Source: Promethearchaeia archaeon (GTDB taxonomy: Archaea; Asgardarchaeota; Lokiarchaeia; Sigyniarchaeales; SOKP01). Taken from it: 64,000 nucleotides of DNA. The DNA is taken from contig JAWOFX010000088.1 in assembly GCA_046497275.1 (NCBI GenBank), positions 64,670 to 128,669 on the forward strand. The letters are read 5' to 3'. This document shows positions 18,286 through 29,139 of this stretch, piece by piece (within the stretch, counting starts at the first letter, position 1; each line of letters starts with the position of its first letter). The notes under the pieces were generated by a model, which did no database searches, was not told the origin of the DNA, and saw only the letters and a list, made by a program, of their open reading frames with translations. Both the position numbers and the translations under genes were made by a program.

Positions 18286-19290
18286 TCAGAAATTTGTAAA
18301 ATTTTTTAGTTGATTGTATATTTGTTCTCTTTCTTTTTGATTTAATTTTCGTGGGAAATTATATATCGGTCCCGACGGTTTTGATGTATAATAAGGTCTA
18401 TTACAATCTGGACACCCAGTTGTCATGAAAGCTACACTTTCGTCGATGATAAATCGCAAATCATTTTTATTTATATTAAAATTGATTATCTCTCCCTTAT
18501 TATTAAATGTTATATCTCTTAGATTTTTATCATCATTAATTAGTAAATATCTGCCTAATTGACATTTCCTAAAATCTAATATTGTTGGTTGCTCCAAATG
18601 TTCTAATTTCGTTCCTTTGATGGGCATAAACGCAAATAAAGCGGGTGTAATACTATATTTTTTTAATTGATTAATTAATTCCATGATCTCTTTCTGTGTA
18701 TCTCCTAATCCCACTATTATATGTGTGGATATAGTACCTTCGCTAAATATCTTTGTCGATTCAATTAAAACATCATAATGATCTCCCCAATTATATGGAC
18801 TGTTTACAGAATTCCCTTTTACTCTTTCAAATGTTTTTTCGGTAGCAGCATCTAATGCAATTCCAACTCTTTGAACCCCTAAAATCTTAAGTTCTCGGAG
18901 CTTCTCCATCTTCATTGGAGGGATAGCAATAGATATAGGAATAGAAGTTTCTTTCTTTATTTCTGAGACAATTTCAACCAAATCTTTAAAATTTTGAGGA
19001 TAATTGAGAGTTTGGACGCATATTCTTTTAAATCTTTTTGAAGGGGTCATATATTTCAATTTAGTAAGAAAATCTATAAATGGATAAATGGGCCAGCTTA
19101 CTCGAGAGAGTTTATCTAATGAGGAATTAGAACTACGTGCTTGAGGGCAGAAACCACAATTTGCTGCACATCGTCCTTTAATATAAGTCATTATATAACA
19201 AGTTGTCGGAGAATCTTTGATTTTAATGCTTGAAGATAATCCTAGCTTCACAGCACTTCCAATACTTACCCTTATTTTATTTACATCCAT
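18286..19290 (-). CDS. Radical SAM protein, candidate second subunit of the archaeal lipoyl synthase (LipS1/LipS2 type)
   Basis: CAANCGFC (Cx3Cx2C) motif with additional C-terminal cysteines (TGCPDCNRPYY). First gene of the lipS-lplA-lipS string. Confidence 0.55.
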   Translation of the reverse strand: MDVNKIRVSIGSAVKLGLSSSIKIKDSPTTCYIMTYIKGRCAANCGFCPQARSSNSSLDKLSRVSWPIYPFIDFLTKLKYMTPSKRFKRICVQTLNYPQNFKDLVEIVSEIKKETSIPISIAIPPMKMEKLRELKILGVQRVGIALDAATEKTFERVKGNSVNSPYNWGDHYDVLIESTKIFSEGTISTHIIVGLGDTQKEIMELINQLKKYSITPALFAFMPIKGTKLEHLEQPTILDFRKCQLGRYLLINDDKNLRDITFNNKGEIINFNINKNDLRFIIDESVAFMTTGCPDCNRPYYTSKPSGPIYNFPRKLNQKEREQIYNQLKNFTNF

Positions 19291-19354
19291 TGCTTTAGTA
19301 TAATTTCTTCATAAAGTTAAGTTTTTTTCATAAATTTCATAATTTTTAATTAAT

Positions 19355-20446
19355 ATGAACATTATTTACATCGTTAATTTTTACATTTATAAGAACTTGA
19401 CTTCATTACCTACTGTAGGGGGAATAGAGGTCACCACTTTAGATATTATTCAAGAACTAAGAAATAGAGGACATAACGTTTGGGTCCCCTCAGAACAAGA
19501 ACAACCAAATTGGGTTGATCAAGAAAATGTTGATATAATTTGCTCCTCTAGTTTCGATCCAATTACTTTTTTTCAAGTTATCATGTATAAAAATAAATAT
19601 AAAAAAACTGCCGCCGTTGTTCAACACGCTCACACAACATATGAGGATTTAAAAGGAAATATTTTACCAGATAACGTATTTTTCAATAAATTATTAAAAT
19701 TATGGGTCAGAATCTTATACAGTCAAGCACATTTGTTAATAACACCCAGTGATTATGCAAGAAAATGTTTAGAAGCAATACAAAAAACTAGAACATATCC
19801 CATTTGGTCAGTCAGTAGTGGTATAATTATTGAAAAATTTGAAAAAGATAATGGATATGGCTTAAAATTCAGGAAATATCTTAAAAAAAATTATGGTATT
19901 CCTTTAGATGCAACGATTATTTTGAATGTTGGTTTAACCTGGAAAAGAAAACGAGTAGATATTTTTGGAAAAGTAGCAGAAAGATTCCCAAATTATTATT
20001 TTGTATGGGTAGGACCCATAAATGATAACCCCGATGTGGAGGATGTCTCAAAATTAGATAATGTTATATTTACGGGTTTTTATGATGATATACGTGAACC
20101 TTATTACGGCTCGGATGTTTTATTAGTTCCTACTGATGAGGAAAATTTATGCTTACCGTTAATCGAAGCATCTCTATGCAAATTACCCGTGGTCGCACGC
20201 GATATTCCTGCATTCGATTGGTTAGAGCATGAAATTTCTGCATATAAAGGAAATGAACTTGAAGATTTTACAGAAGGTATAAAAAAAATCATTAAAACCA
20301 GAGAATTTAAACAAAAATTAGTTGAAAATGCATGTGAAACTGCAAAGAATAAACACGATTTCAGTGAAACTGTTGACACAATTGAGGATTATTTCAATAA
20401 AGCGTTATTAATTAAAAAAGTCTGGGATAGAAAAAGAAGGAAATAA
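19355..20446 (+). CDS. Glycosyltransferase, GT4 (GT-B fold) family
   Basis: GGIEVTTLDIIQELRNRGHNVWV N-terminal domain and a C-terminal E-x7-E-like region (ENLCLPLIEASLCKLPVVA). Confidence 0.75.
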   Translation: MNIIYIVNFYIYKNLTSLPTVGGIEVTTLDIIQELRNRGHNVWVPSEQEQPNWVDQENVDIICSSSFDPITFFQVIMYKNKYKKTAAVVQHAHTTYEDLKGNILPDNVFFNKLLKLWVRILYSQAHLLITPSDYARKCLEAIQKTRTYPIWSVSSGIIIEKFEKDNGYGLKFRKYLKKNYGIPLDATIILNVGLTWKRKRVDIFGKVAERFPNYYFVWVGPINDNPDVEDVSKLDNVIFTGFYDDIREPYYGSDVLLVPTDEENLCLPLIEASLCKLPVVARDIPAFDWLEHEISAYKGNELEDFTEGIKKIIKTREFKQKLVENACETAKNKHDFSETVDTIEDYFNKALLIKKVWDRKRRK

Positions 20447-20460
20447 TTTTGACCCAAACT

Positions 20461-20952
20461 TTAAAAGTTATTGACTGAACTCTCTCCTTTTAATTGTTTT
20501 AGTGTCTTTTCCAGTATTTCTATTACTCTCTGTTTATATGATAGTTGTTCTGGATATTTATAGCTAAAATGTTTCCAATGCGGTCTTTGATGCCCTATTT
20601 TAAATTTAAGCCCTTTCATCGTCGTCATATAGGAATTTGAATCTAATTTTTCTGCAATTTGATCTGCGATTATATACCAATGATATTTTGTTCCAATAGA
20701 TGCTCCACTATTAATAGGAGACTTATGATATCTTCTTTTAATAGAATTAAAAGTTATATTCCATTTTTCTGGAGAGGTTTTCACTTCATACCATTTCCCA
20801 TTATCATAATTCCAATAATGTTTACCACCAACTCGCATTCCTGTATATGTCTTACCTTTATATTTTTTTAATGTGTTGTATTCTTTATTGTCAAATTTTT
20901 CTTTGAATTCATTTGAATTTAGAAAATGAGTAATTTCATATTCTTCCGACAT
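20461..20952 (-). CDS. Hypothetical basic Trp/Tyr/Lys-rich protein
   Basis: 163-aa ORF with a clean intergenic context. No motif recognised. Confidence 0.4.
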   Translation of the reverse strand: MSEEYEITHFLNSNEFKEKFDNKEYNTLKKYKGKTYTGMRVGGKHYWNYDNGKWYEVKTSPEKWNITFNSIKRRYHKSPINSGASIGTKYHWYIIADQIAEKLDSNSYMTTMKGLKFKIGHQRPHWKHFSYKYPEQLSYKQRVIEILEKTLKQLKGESSVNNF

Positions 20953-21170
20953 AATTTAAAAGAAAATTTCAAATTTTAAAAAGTCTAAGAGAGCTTAAAT
21001 TTAGTAAAAAATATTTTAGAATGAAAAAATAGAAAGATTTTATTGAAATATGGATTAATCTATTATTCTTTTTAATAATAGATTCTTTTTTTCGAAAAAA
21101 ATTTATTCCAGATTGTATTTACTCAATAAATATTATTATTGGCTAATCTAAGAGAAAATATTTGTAGTAG

Positions 21171-23957
21171 ATGAAAGATATGAAATATGAGCCTCAGAAA
21201 ATTGAAGAAAAATGGCAAGAAAGATGGAAAAGAGATAAAGTTTTTGAAGTAGATGTAGATCCAAAGAAAGATAAATATTATGTACTTGAGATGTACCCCT
21301 ATCCCTCTTCAAAGTTACATATGGGTCATTTAAGAAACTATTCAATAGGGGACTCATTTGCTCGTTATAAAAGAATGCAAGGATATAATGTATTATATCC
21401 TATGGGATATGATTCCTTTGGACTTCCAGCAGAAAATGCGGCCATAGATCATGGAGAAAACCCAGAAACCTGGACTAATACTAATATTTCAGCGATAAGG
21501 AGTCAACAACAGAGAATAGGACTTTCATATGATTGGACACGAATGATTTACAGCCATGATGCTAACTATTATAAATGGGATCAATATTTCTTTCTTAAAA
21601 TGTTAGAAAAAGATTTGGCCTATCGCCAAGAATCGTATGTTAATTGGTGTGAAAAATGTGCTACAGTTCTTGCAAATGAACAAGTTCAAGGAGGAAAATG
21701 TTGGCGTTGCGGTTCAGAAGTTACTCAAAAATTTTTAACACAATGGTTCTTGAAAATTAGAGCTTATGCAGAGGAATTATTAGATGGATTGGAAAAAGTT
21801 GATTGGCCAGAGAAAGTAATAGTTATGCAGCGGAATTGGATTGGAAAATCTGAGGGAACAGTAATAAAATTCCCAATCGTGGGTGAAAATCGTACCATAG
21901 ATATATTCACTACCAGAGCAGATACTATCTTTGGGGTGACATTTATGGTTTTTGCCCCTGAAAATCCTTGGGTAAGAAATTGGGTTGAAGGCACTGAATA
22001 TGAGGAGGAATTTGAAAAATTATATAATGATACGATGAAACAGAATCAATTTGAAAGGTCTGATGCAGATATTGAAAAAAAAGGGATGTTTATAGGCAAA
22101 TATGCCATAAATCCGCTGACCAATGAACAGATTCCAATTTATATAGGTAATTTTGTTATTTATGAATATGGGGCAGGTGCAATTATGGCAGTTCCCGCCC
22201 ATGATCAGAGAGATTTTGAATTTGCTAAGCAATACGGAATCCCAATTAAAATAGTGATCCAAGCTTTCGATTATGAATTGAATGCTGAGAAAATGACCCG
22301 TGCTTATGAAAGTGATGGAATATTAGTAAATTCTGGAGAATTTAATGGGATGGAAAACAGAAGAGCTATTCAAGCTATCAGTGAAAAATTAGAGGAAATA
22401 GATATGGGATATAGTACCACAAATTATAAATTAAGAGATTGGCTTATATCGAGACAAAGATACTGGGGTTGTCCAATACCAATAATTTTTTGCGAAAAAT
22501 GTGGTACAGTTCCCGTGCCTATAGAAGATTTGCCAGTAAAATTACCGAAAGATGTTAAATTCACGGGTATTGGTAATCCATTAAAAACGAGTAAAAATTT
22601 CTTGAATACTGAATGTCCAAAATGTGGAGGCAAAGCCACAAGAGAAACGGATACAATGGATACATTTGTTGATAGTGCTTGGTATTTTTTTAGATTTTGT
22701 GATCCTAACAACAAGAACAAACCATTTAGTAAGGAGAAAGTTGATTATTGGGGTAATGTTGATCAATACATAGGCGGAATTGAGCATGCGATTTTGCATT
22801 TATTATATGCTAGATTTTGGACTAAAGTTGGAAGAGATTTAAATCTCCATTCACATAATGAACCTTTTCAAGCGCTCTTAACGCAAGGAATGATAAATAA
22901 AATGCATCCTTATTGCCCGAAATGCGAAACTTTTGCGACCAAAGTTGAAAAAGATATGGAAAAATGTCCAAGATGTAGGACTGATTGGATTGAAAAAAGC
23001 GTTAAAATGAGTAAGAGCTTAGGAAATACTGTAGATCCCAATAATATTATGAAAAAATATGGTGCAGATTCTGCACGGTTCTTCATATTATTTGGAGCAA
23101 GCCCAAAGTCTGGTCTTGAATGGTCAGATGAAGGGGTTGATTTTGCATATAGATTCATGAATAATACACTCAAATTACTGACAGAAGTACCTGAAATTAT
23201 CAGAGAAAATAAAACCATCAGAGATGATTTAATTGAGTTTTATATGCATCACATAATAAAGAAGGTCACAGAAAATTTGAATAAAATTGATATTCGAGAT
23301 GCAGTCAATAATATTGTTCAGTTTAGTTCGGAGTTGAAAAATTATAAAAAAGAAGGCGTAAATAAAGAGTTATTCGATAAAATTAGGAAAAATTTGGTAC
23401 TTCTATTACATCCAATTGCTCCTCATATTACTGAGGAAATTTGGGAATTTCTAGGAGAAAATGATTATATCAGTTTAGCCTCATGGCCTAAATACAATAA
23501 AAAAATCCTTACAGATGAAAATAGCTTTAAATGGAATCTAAAAAATAACATCATTGAAGATATAAAAAACATTAAACAAGTGCTTAAAAAAGATTCTATA
23601 GATGAAATTAATCTTATTATTCCTGAAAATTGGAAGTATAACTTCTATTCAGATTTGATAAGATTAATAGAAAAGACCTTGGATCAAGGAGAAATTATGA
23701 AAAATTTAATGGAAAATTCAACATACAAAGCACACGGGAGTTTTATTAGTCAAACAGTAAATAAAATATTGAAAAATATTGGAAAATATTCGGATTTTAT
23801 TCTTTCTGTCGAAGATGAATACAAATTTTTTAAAGCAATTTCCCCAATTATCGAAAAACAATTTGAAACAACAGTAAATGTGAAAATGGAAAGTGAATCT
23901 GATAAAAAAAAAAAAGATCAAGCACTCCCAGGTAGACCCTCAATAATAATCGATTAG
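21171..23957 (+). CDS. leuS: Leucyl-tRNA synthetase, archaeal/eukaryal type
   Basis: HMGH ([13 protein letters not shown]) and KMSKS motifs, a CP1 editing insertion and zinc-binding CxxC pairs. 928 aa. Confidence 0.95.
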   Translation: MKDMKYEPQKIEEKWQERWKRDKVFEVDVDPKKDKYYVLEMYPYPSSKLHMGHLRNYSIGDSFARYKRMQGYNVLYPMGYDSFGLPAENAAIDHGENPETWTNTNISAIRSQQQRIGLSYDWTRMIYSHDANYYKWDQYFFLKMLEKDLAYRQESYVNWCEKCATVLANEQVQGGKCWRCGSEVTQKFLTQWFLKIRAYAEELLDGLEKVDWPEKVIVMQRNWIGKSEGTVIKFPIVGENRTIDIFTTRADTIFGVTFMVFAPENPWVRNWVEGTEYEEEFEKLYNDTMKQNQFERSDADIEKKGMFIGKYAINPLTNEQIPIYIGNFVIYEYGAGAIMAVPAHDQRDFEFAKQYGIPIKIVIQAFDYELNAEKMTRAYESDGILVNSGEFNGMENRRAIQAISEKLEEIDMGYSTTNYKLRDWLISRQRYWGCPIPIIFCEKCGTVPVPIEDLPVKLPKDVKFTGIGNPLKTSKNFLNTECPKCGGKATRETDTMDTFVDSAWYFFRFCDPNNKNKPFSKEKVDYWGNVDQYIGGIEHAILHLLYARFWTKVGRDLNLHSHNEPFQALLTQGMINKMHPYCPKCETFATKVEKDMEKCPRCRTDWIEKSVKMSKSLGNTVDPNNIMKKYGADSARFFILFGASPKSGLEWSDEGVDFAYRFMNNTLKLLTEVPEIIRENKTIRDDLIEFYMHHIIKKVTENLNKIDIRDAVNNIVQFSSELKNYKKEGVNKELFDKIRKNLVLLLHPIAPHITEEIWEFLGENDYISLASWPKYNKKILTDENSFKWNLKNNIIEDIKNIKQVLKKDSIDEINLIIPENWKYNFYSDLIRLIEKTLDQGEIMKNLMENSTYKAHGSFISQTVNKILKNIGKYSDFILSVEDEYKFFKAISPIIEKQFETTVNVKMESESDKKKKDQALPGRPSIIID

Positions 23958-24300
23958 AATTTTTTTTAAACTCAATTTTTATTAAATAACATATTTGAAA
24001 TAAAAGATACTTAGTATAAACCTTATAAAAGAAGTCTATCAAAATTCTCTCATCTTTAACTCCAATAGTACTACCAACACCCTTTTTTTCATTCATTCTG
24101 GCCATTTTATACTTAATTATTTCGAAAAAGAATTTAAGGTAAGAAGAAGTCAATTGGTTGAAGTTTCTTATTAAAACTATTATATTAAAAAAGCATATTA
24201 GTGAAAATTTTTTTGTAATTAGTATATATTTTTCTTAAATAATTTAAATAGAAAAATATTAGAACTAATAGTAAATCTAAATTTATAGCATCAAAAATTA

Positions 24301-25170
24301 ATGACAATCTACGAGCTTAGTATAATCTCCACCACGGGGTTCCCATATTATAATAGAAAAATTAAACCAATCCCTAAAGGGGTTAAAGTACACTTAAGAT
24401 TCTTTGATTTTTCAGAAAAAGAAGAGAAAGATTTCGATGAAAAAGAGATTTTGGAATTTGATCTTAAAGCTGGATTAATCTCTGCCCTATTTGAATTTGC
24501 TCGTAATATTGATAAAAAAATAGAAGTTTTGGAGTTCCGACCTAAGAAAGGAACTGAAAAGGATTCTTCAATTAATAAAGATCTTAAAATTAAAGGGGAC
24601 GTACTTATTACGGTAACCACAGAAACTTATTTAAACCATAATCAAATCCAAAAAAAAATAGAAAAAATTTACGAGAATTTTATAAATCCAAAAGTACCTC
24701 TAGATTCTGCTTATGAAATATTAACTAATGAAGAGGATTCAATTATACAAATTCTAACTGATGAGAAAGCAAAAAATCATTTATTTAATCATGAAAAAGA
24801 TCTTAAAAAAATCTCGAATAAATTTCTAAGTGAAATGAGTAATTATGGACTTAGGGCAATCATATGCTGTACGTTTGATTTAAGTCCAATTATATGTTTT
24901 ACTGAAAATAAAGAATATAATCTTAATGATGTTGATGAAATTCTAAGAGGTATAGGAAAAATACCTGAAATTGACCCACTTAATTGGAAATATAGGCAGT
25001 CTAATTATGCAGGAAAACCACTCTGGGTTTTCATAATCAATAGTGGAGTCGGAGTCACTGTGGATGGTATTTTTGAAAACTATTTTTATTTGCTTTTAAC
25101 TGAACCAGATAGTTATATGGGGGAATTTCCACGAAGATTAGCCAATGAATTCAATAATTTATTAGGTTAA
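24301..25170 (+). CDS. Hypothetical protein, possible tandem longin/roadblock-like fold
   Basis: 289 aa. The N-terminus IYELSIISTTGFPYYNRKI ... LKAGLISALFEFARNI ... GDVLITVTTE follows the beta-beta-alpha-beta-beta-beta-alpha pattern of longin/roadblock-type domains. A second similar half is present (LRAIICCTFDLSPIICF ... LWVFIINSGVGVTVDG). The fold assignment is speculative. Confidence 0.45.
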   Translation: MTIYELSIISTTGFPYYNRKIKPIPKGVKVHLRFFDFSEKEEKDFDEKEILEFDLKAGLISALFEFARNIDKKIEVLEFRPKKGTEKDSSINKDLKIKGDVLITVTTETYLNHNQIQKKIEKIYENFINPKVPLDSAYEILTNEEDSIIQILTDEKAKNHLFNHEKDLKKISNKFLSEMSNYGLRAIICCTFDLSPIICFTENKEYNLNDVDEILRGIGKIPEIDPLNWKYRQSNYAGKPLWVFIINSGVGVTVDGIFENYFYLLLTEPDSYMGEFPRRLANEFNNLLG

Positions 25171-25227
25171 TTTTTTTATGTCGTTATACTTTTTTTTAAA
25201 ATATATAATTTTCTAAGAGGTTTTATT

Positions 25228-25770
25228 ATGAGTTTTAAAATTTTATCAGTAAATAAGCATATTAATCTTCTACATCCACGACAAACCATCTTATGTACTT
25301 CGCAATTCAAAGATAAAAAAAATGTTATCACTTTAGCTTGGACTATGATTATTAGTAGAACACCTCCTATCATAGCAATATCAATCGCGCCTCAGAGATT
25401 TTCTCATGATATGATTAAAAACTCAAAACAATTCACAATAAATATGCCCACTAAAGAAATAATAAAAGATGTCTACTATTGTGGAACTCATTCGGGGAGA
25501 AATATCAATAAATTTGAACAAACAAAATTAACTCCTCTTGAGGGAATTAATGTAAAATGTCCACGAATAAAGGAATGTTTTGCTCATATAGAATGCAAAG
25601 TTATTGATGAGAAAACTTATGGTGATCATACTCTTTTTATAGGGGAAGTTTTGACTTGCATCGTAAAAGAGGGACTACTCAAAGATGAAAGAATAAAAAA
25701 AGTAGAAATTCCTTATCATCTCGGCGCCAACCGATTTATTTATAATAAAAATGAAATAGAGAAAATTTAA
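25228..25770 (+). CDS. Flavin reductase-like (flavoredoxin) FMN-binding protein
   Basis: ITLAWTMIISRTPPIIAISIAPQRFSHDMI, CGTHSGRNINKFE and HIECKV..GDHTLFIGEV are typical of the flavin reductase-like domain. Confidence 0.65.
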   Translation: MSFKILSVNKHINLLHPRQTILCTSQFKDKKNVITLAWTMIISRTPPIIAISIAPQRFSHDMIKNSKQFTINMPTKEIIKDVYYCGTHSGRNINKFEQTKLTPLEGINVKCPRIKECFAHIECKVIDEKTYGDHTLFIGEVLTCIVKEGLLKDERIKKVEIPYHLGANRFIYNKNEIEKI

Positions 25771-25781
25771 AAAAATAAGAT

Positions 25782-26546
25782 TTATAACGATCTTTCTGCA
25801 GCTTTGATTATTTCCGCAAAAGAATCAGCTTCTAATGAAGCACCACCGACTAAACCACCGTCTATGTCTTCCTTTTCAAAAAGCTCTAACGCATTATCTG
25901 GCTTAACAGATCCTCCATACTGTATACGAACGGAATTTGAAACCTCTTTATCATATTTATCTTCTAATAATGTACGAATAAATTTATGAACTACAACTGC
26001 TTGTTCTGGTGTTGCAGTCTCTCCTGTTCCTATTGCCCAAATAGGTTCATATGCGATAACTAATCTCATGATTTCCTCTTTCGTTAATTCTGCAAAAGTA
26101 TTATCCATCTGATATTCAATTATTTTTTCCGTCTTTCCAGCTTTTCGTTCCTCTAAATGCTCTCCAATACATACTATTGGAGTAAACTCCATTGTTAATG
26201 CCTTTTTTACTTTCTTATTAATAAGTTCATCGGATTCATTGAAGATATTCCTCCGTTCACTGTGTCCCAATATTACATAATCAACACCCAAATTTTTTAA
26301 AAATAAGGGAGAAATCTCACCCGTAAATGCCCCTTTCTCTTCATAATACATATTTTGGGCTCCAAGTTTAATATTAGTCACTTTTAAAATACTCGCTTCT
26401 TGAAGGGCAGTGAACGGTGGTGCTATAACCATATCAACATCTTTTACATCTTGAACTAATGGTATTAGATTCTCAAGCATATCCCTAGCAGTTTTTGGTG
26501 AACCACGATTTAATTTCCAATTTCCGCCTACTATTGGTTTTCTCAT
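25782..26546 (-). CDS. tpiA: Triosephosphate isomerase, bacterial/eukaryal-type
   Basis: MRKPIVGGNWKLN, VILGHSERR, AYEPIWAIGTGETATPEQA and YGGSVKPDN motifs. I place the start at the internal Met (26546), because the 14 upstream codons of the track ORF are hydrophobic junk. Confidence 0.9.
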   Translation of the reverse strand: MRKPIVGGNWKLNRGSPKTARDMLENLIPLVQDVKDVDMVIAPPFTALQEASILKVTNIKLGAQNMYYEEKGAFTGEISPLFLKNLGVDYVILGHSERRNIFNESDELINKKVKKALTMEFTPIVCIGEHLEERKAGKTEKIIEYQMDNTFAELTKEEIMRLVIAYEPIWAIGTGETATPEQAVVVHKFIRTLLEDKYDKEVSNSVRIQYGGSVKPDNALELFEKEDIDGGLVGGASLEADSFAEIIKAAERSL

Positions 26547-26752
26547 ATAAAAAAACCTCAATATTATTATTATCTTTATAAAATACATCGCGTTATTTCA
26601 AATTATCATATAAAATCTATTTACTATAAGGTAACCAAAAAACCTATTCTTTTCATAATTTTATGAAATCAGGCTATTGTCTCTCTCTAAAGCAAATACA
26701 AATTACAGAGTTATATAAAAAGAGTATAAAATGTAAAAAAGAGGATTAAAAA

Positions 26753-27262
26753 TTATTCTTCCTTTTCTTTGGGTAATTTCTCTTCTAATTTTGTAGCTTT
26801 CAGAATTTTCTGAATCTCCTCCACATTAGGAGGCATTATTTCTGGCAATTCAAATTGTTCTCTTCTCCGTTCAATCGCAGATTGCATTGGAATTGCTTTT
26901 CCAAATTCAAAAACAGTGGATGCTTGTGAATAATAATATTCGGGCGCTTCTCCTCGTTCCACACTCATATTTTTTAAAATATTAAAAATCTCGGTTAATT
27001 CAACCTTTTGAGGACAAACCTCATCGCATGTATCGCATATTGTACATCCCCAAATCTCAAATGAGTGTTCCTCTCCAAATATTTTCTCCTTTAATCCTAA
27101 CAATGAGTCTAAAATTAACCTTCTTGGATTATACCGTCCTTCAGTAACCTGAGCCACAGGGCAGGCACCCGAGCAGGTGGCGCACTGGTAGCAATAAGCC
27201 AACGTACTCCCAATATCCTCCCCAAGAATCTTGTTTCTAAACTCAAAATCGATGGTGGCCAT
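26753..27262 (-). CDS. HdrC-like 4Fe-4S dicluster protein
   Basis: Two ferredoxin-type motifs, CYQCATCSGACP and CTICDTCDEVCP, in 169 aa. No HdrA/HdrB partner lies in the window. Confidence 0.55.
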   Translation of the reverse strand: MATIDFEFRNKILGEDIGSTLAYCYQCATCSGACPVAQVTEGRYNPRRLILDSLLGLKEKIFGEEHSFEIWGCTICDTCDEVCPQKVELTEIFNILKNMSVERGEAPEYYYSQASTVFEFGKAIPMQSAIERRREQFELPEIMPPNVEEIQKILKATKLEEKLPKEKEE

Positions 27263-27451
27263 TTTTTAAATCTCTCTCATACTAATTCCTTATCTAAATA
27301 ATATAAAAATGAGATATTAATTAAATTATTTCTTTTCCAAATTAAGTTAAAACTACTTTAAATAAGAATCTAAAACTCTTTCTCAGATAAATGAATGATT
27401 TATTTTTGAAATTAAAATTCATTCCATTTTCGAATAAAAAAAATAGAATTT

Positions 27452-28303
27452 TTGTCATTCGATTCTTTTATAAAATTATTTAAGAAAAGAATAGAAAAAG
27501 CTTTGAAAGTGAAAAACTATTGGGAATTTTTTATTCTCGTTTTTTTATATTCCTGGTTATTTTGGGTAATTTCAATCCTTAGCGGTGCAGATCTTTCATA
27601 CAGTCTCAGTTTAATTTTTTACTATTTAGGTGGTATTGGTCCTTCCTTAATGGGCATATTATTAACTTATCGAAATAAAGAAAAAGAAGATATTAAAGAT
27701 TTTTGGCTTCGTAGCATTGATCCAAGGCTTATTGAAGTAAAATGGTATATTTTAATCGTTTTAATCCTAATAATTCCAATATTAATTGGAATAGGTTTTG
27801 ATATACTCTTCGGAGGAATTGGTGCTACATATGAAGGATTTATTAATTTTCAAAATAATTATTTAGCTTTTTTGCCATATTTATTATTCCTTATTATTGC
27901 GGTGCTTGCAGAGGAGTTTGGGTGGCGTGGTTATGCCCAAGACGCTTTACAGAAAAGATTTTCAATTATTATATCTGGATTAATAGTTGGATTCTTCTGG
28001 TCATTATGGCATCTCCCTCTATTTTTTATTAAAGGAACATATCAAAACAGTCTAGGAATAGGCTCTTTTTCATTTTGGCTATTCTTTGTTTACATAATTC
28101 CTGAAAGCGTAATTTATGCTTGGATTTTTAATCTTAATAATCGAAGTATTTTATCTGCGATTCTTTATCATTTAATTGGAAATTTCTTAGGTGAAATGTT
28201 TAATCCCATTGGAATAACTCCTTTTGTACGCTTTTTAACTATTTTAATAATAGCGGTGACTCTCTCTTTGATATATTCTAGAAAAGCTGCTTCAGAGGGC
28301 TAA
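27452..28303 (+). CDS. CPBP-family intramembrane glutamic protease (CAAX protease / Rce1-like)
   Basis: Polytopic membrane protein with EEFGWRGY, FWSLWHLP and a distal HLIGN motif. TTG start in the track. Confidence 0.75.
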   Translation: MSFDSFIKLFKKRIEKALKVKNYWEFFILVFLYSWLFWVISILSGADLSYSLSLIFYYLGGIGPSLMGILLTYRNKEKEDIKDFWLRSIDPRLIEVKWYILIVLILIIPILIGIGFDILFGGIGATYEGFINFQNNYLAFLPYLLFLIIAVLAEEFGWRGYAQDALQKRFSIIISGLIVGFFWSLWHLPLFFIKGTYQNSLGIGSFSFWLFFVYIIPESVIYAWIFNLNNRSILSAILYHLIGNFLGEMFNPIGITPFVRFLTILIIAVTLSLIYSRKAASEG

Positions 28304-28627
28304 AAAATTGGATTATTTGCTTTTTCAAAGGAGATAAAAGATATCTTAATTAAAAGTTTGTCTCTTCGTTCAATGCATTTATTAAATATATCGTGCAAAA
28401 AAAGTTACAATTCAATAGTAATGGATTAGAATCCACGACTTATGTCTAATTTTATCAAAATAATTTATCAATCAATTAAACTAAATTATTTTAATAAATA
28501 AGAAAAACTGGCTCAATTTTATCCTTTAAAAATAAAAAAATTAAATAGTAGAAATAATTTGTAACTTATAATAATTTTATTATGTAAAATGTAGATTATC
28601 AATTAAAAACTCAATTGAGCTAAGAAA

Positions 28628-28981
28628 ATGAATATAGAAAAACTTAAAGAAATAAATATTGACATCACAGATGAAATGAAACAAGGAAAAACTGTCATCG
28701 ATGTATATACTGAATGGTGCGGACCTTGCAAATTTGTTTCACCCATTTTAGAAAAATTAAGTAATGAAGGATTAATAAATTTAAAAGAGGTAGACTTGGA
28801 CCAAAATAGACCTCTTGGAGCTATGTTTAATATACATGCTATTCCAACTCTATTATTCTTTAAAGATGGAAATCTTTTAGAACACTCTATCGATGTGAAT
28901 GGTCAAACCTTAGTAACTGGAGGGAAGATGGTTGGAGCGGCTGGAGAAGAGATTCTTCGATATATTATAAGCCAAATGTGA
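28628..28981 (+). CDS. Thioredoxin
   Basis: WCGPCK active site and a cis-Pro region (IHAIPTLLFFKDG). 117 aa. Confidence 0.85.
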   Translation: MNIEKLKEINIDITDEMKQGKTVIDVYTEWCGPCKFVSPILEKLSNEGLINLKEVDLDQNRPLGAMFNIHAIPTLLFFKDGNLLEHSIDVNGQTLVTGGKMVGAAGEEILRYIISQM

Positions 28982-29139
28982 TTTATTTTTCTAATCTTTT
29001 TATTTTACTTGTTTTAATTCACTAATTGTAAGAAATCTTTTTAGATATCATTAATACTTGGATTTTAATTAAAAATTTTAAATATAGTAGATTTTTTCAT
29101 TTATTACTAATATAACAGTCAAACTGGTAATCAATAATC

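Noticed and set aside
21764-23218. Five minus-strand ORFs of 72-102 aa antisense to leuS
   Set aside because: They overlap a highly conserved LeuRS coding frame and are typical AT-rich antisense read-through ORFs.
23848-24153. 101-aa minus-strand ORF spanning the leuS 3' end and the following intergenic region
   Set aside because: A third of it overlaps the leuS C-terminus. The sequence is hydrophobic and low-complexity with no recognisable family. It could hide a shorter real peptide (MARMNEKKG...), but I have no support for that.
26547-26588. 14-codon N-terminal extension of the TIM ORF
   Set aside because: MYFIKIIIILRFFY is not part of any TIM. The conserved N-terminus MRKPIVGGNWK begins at the internal Met.
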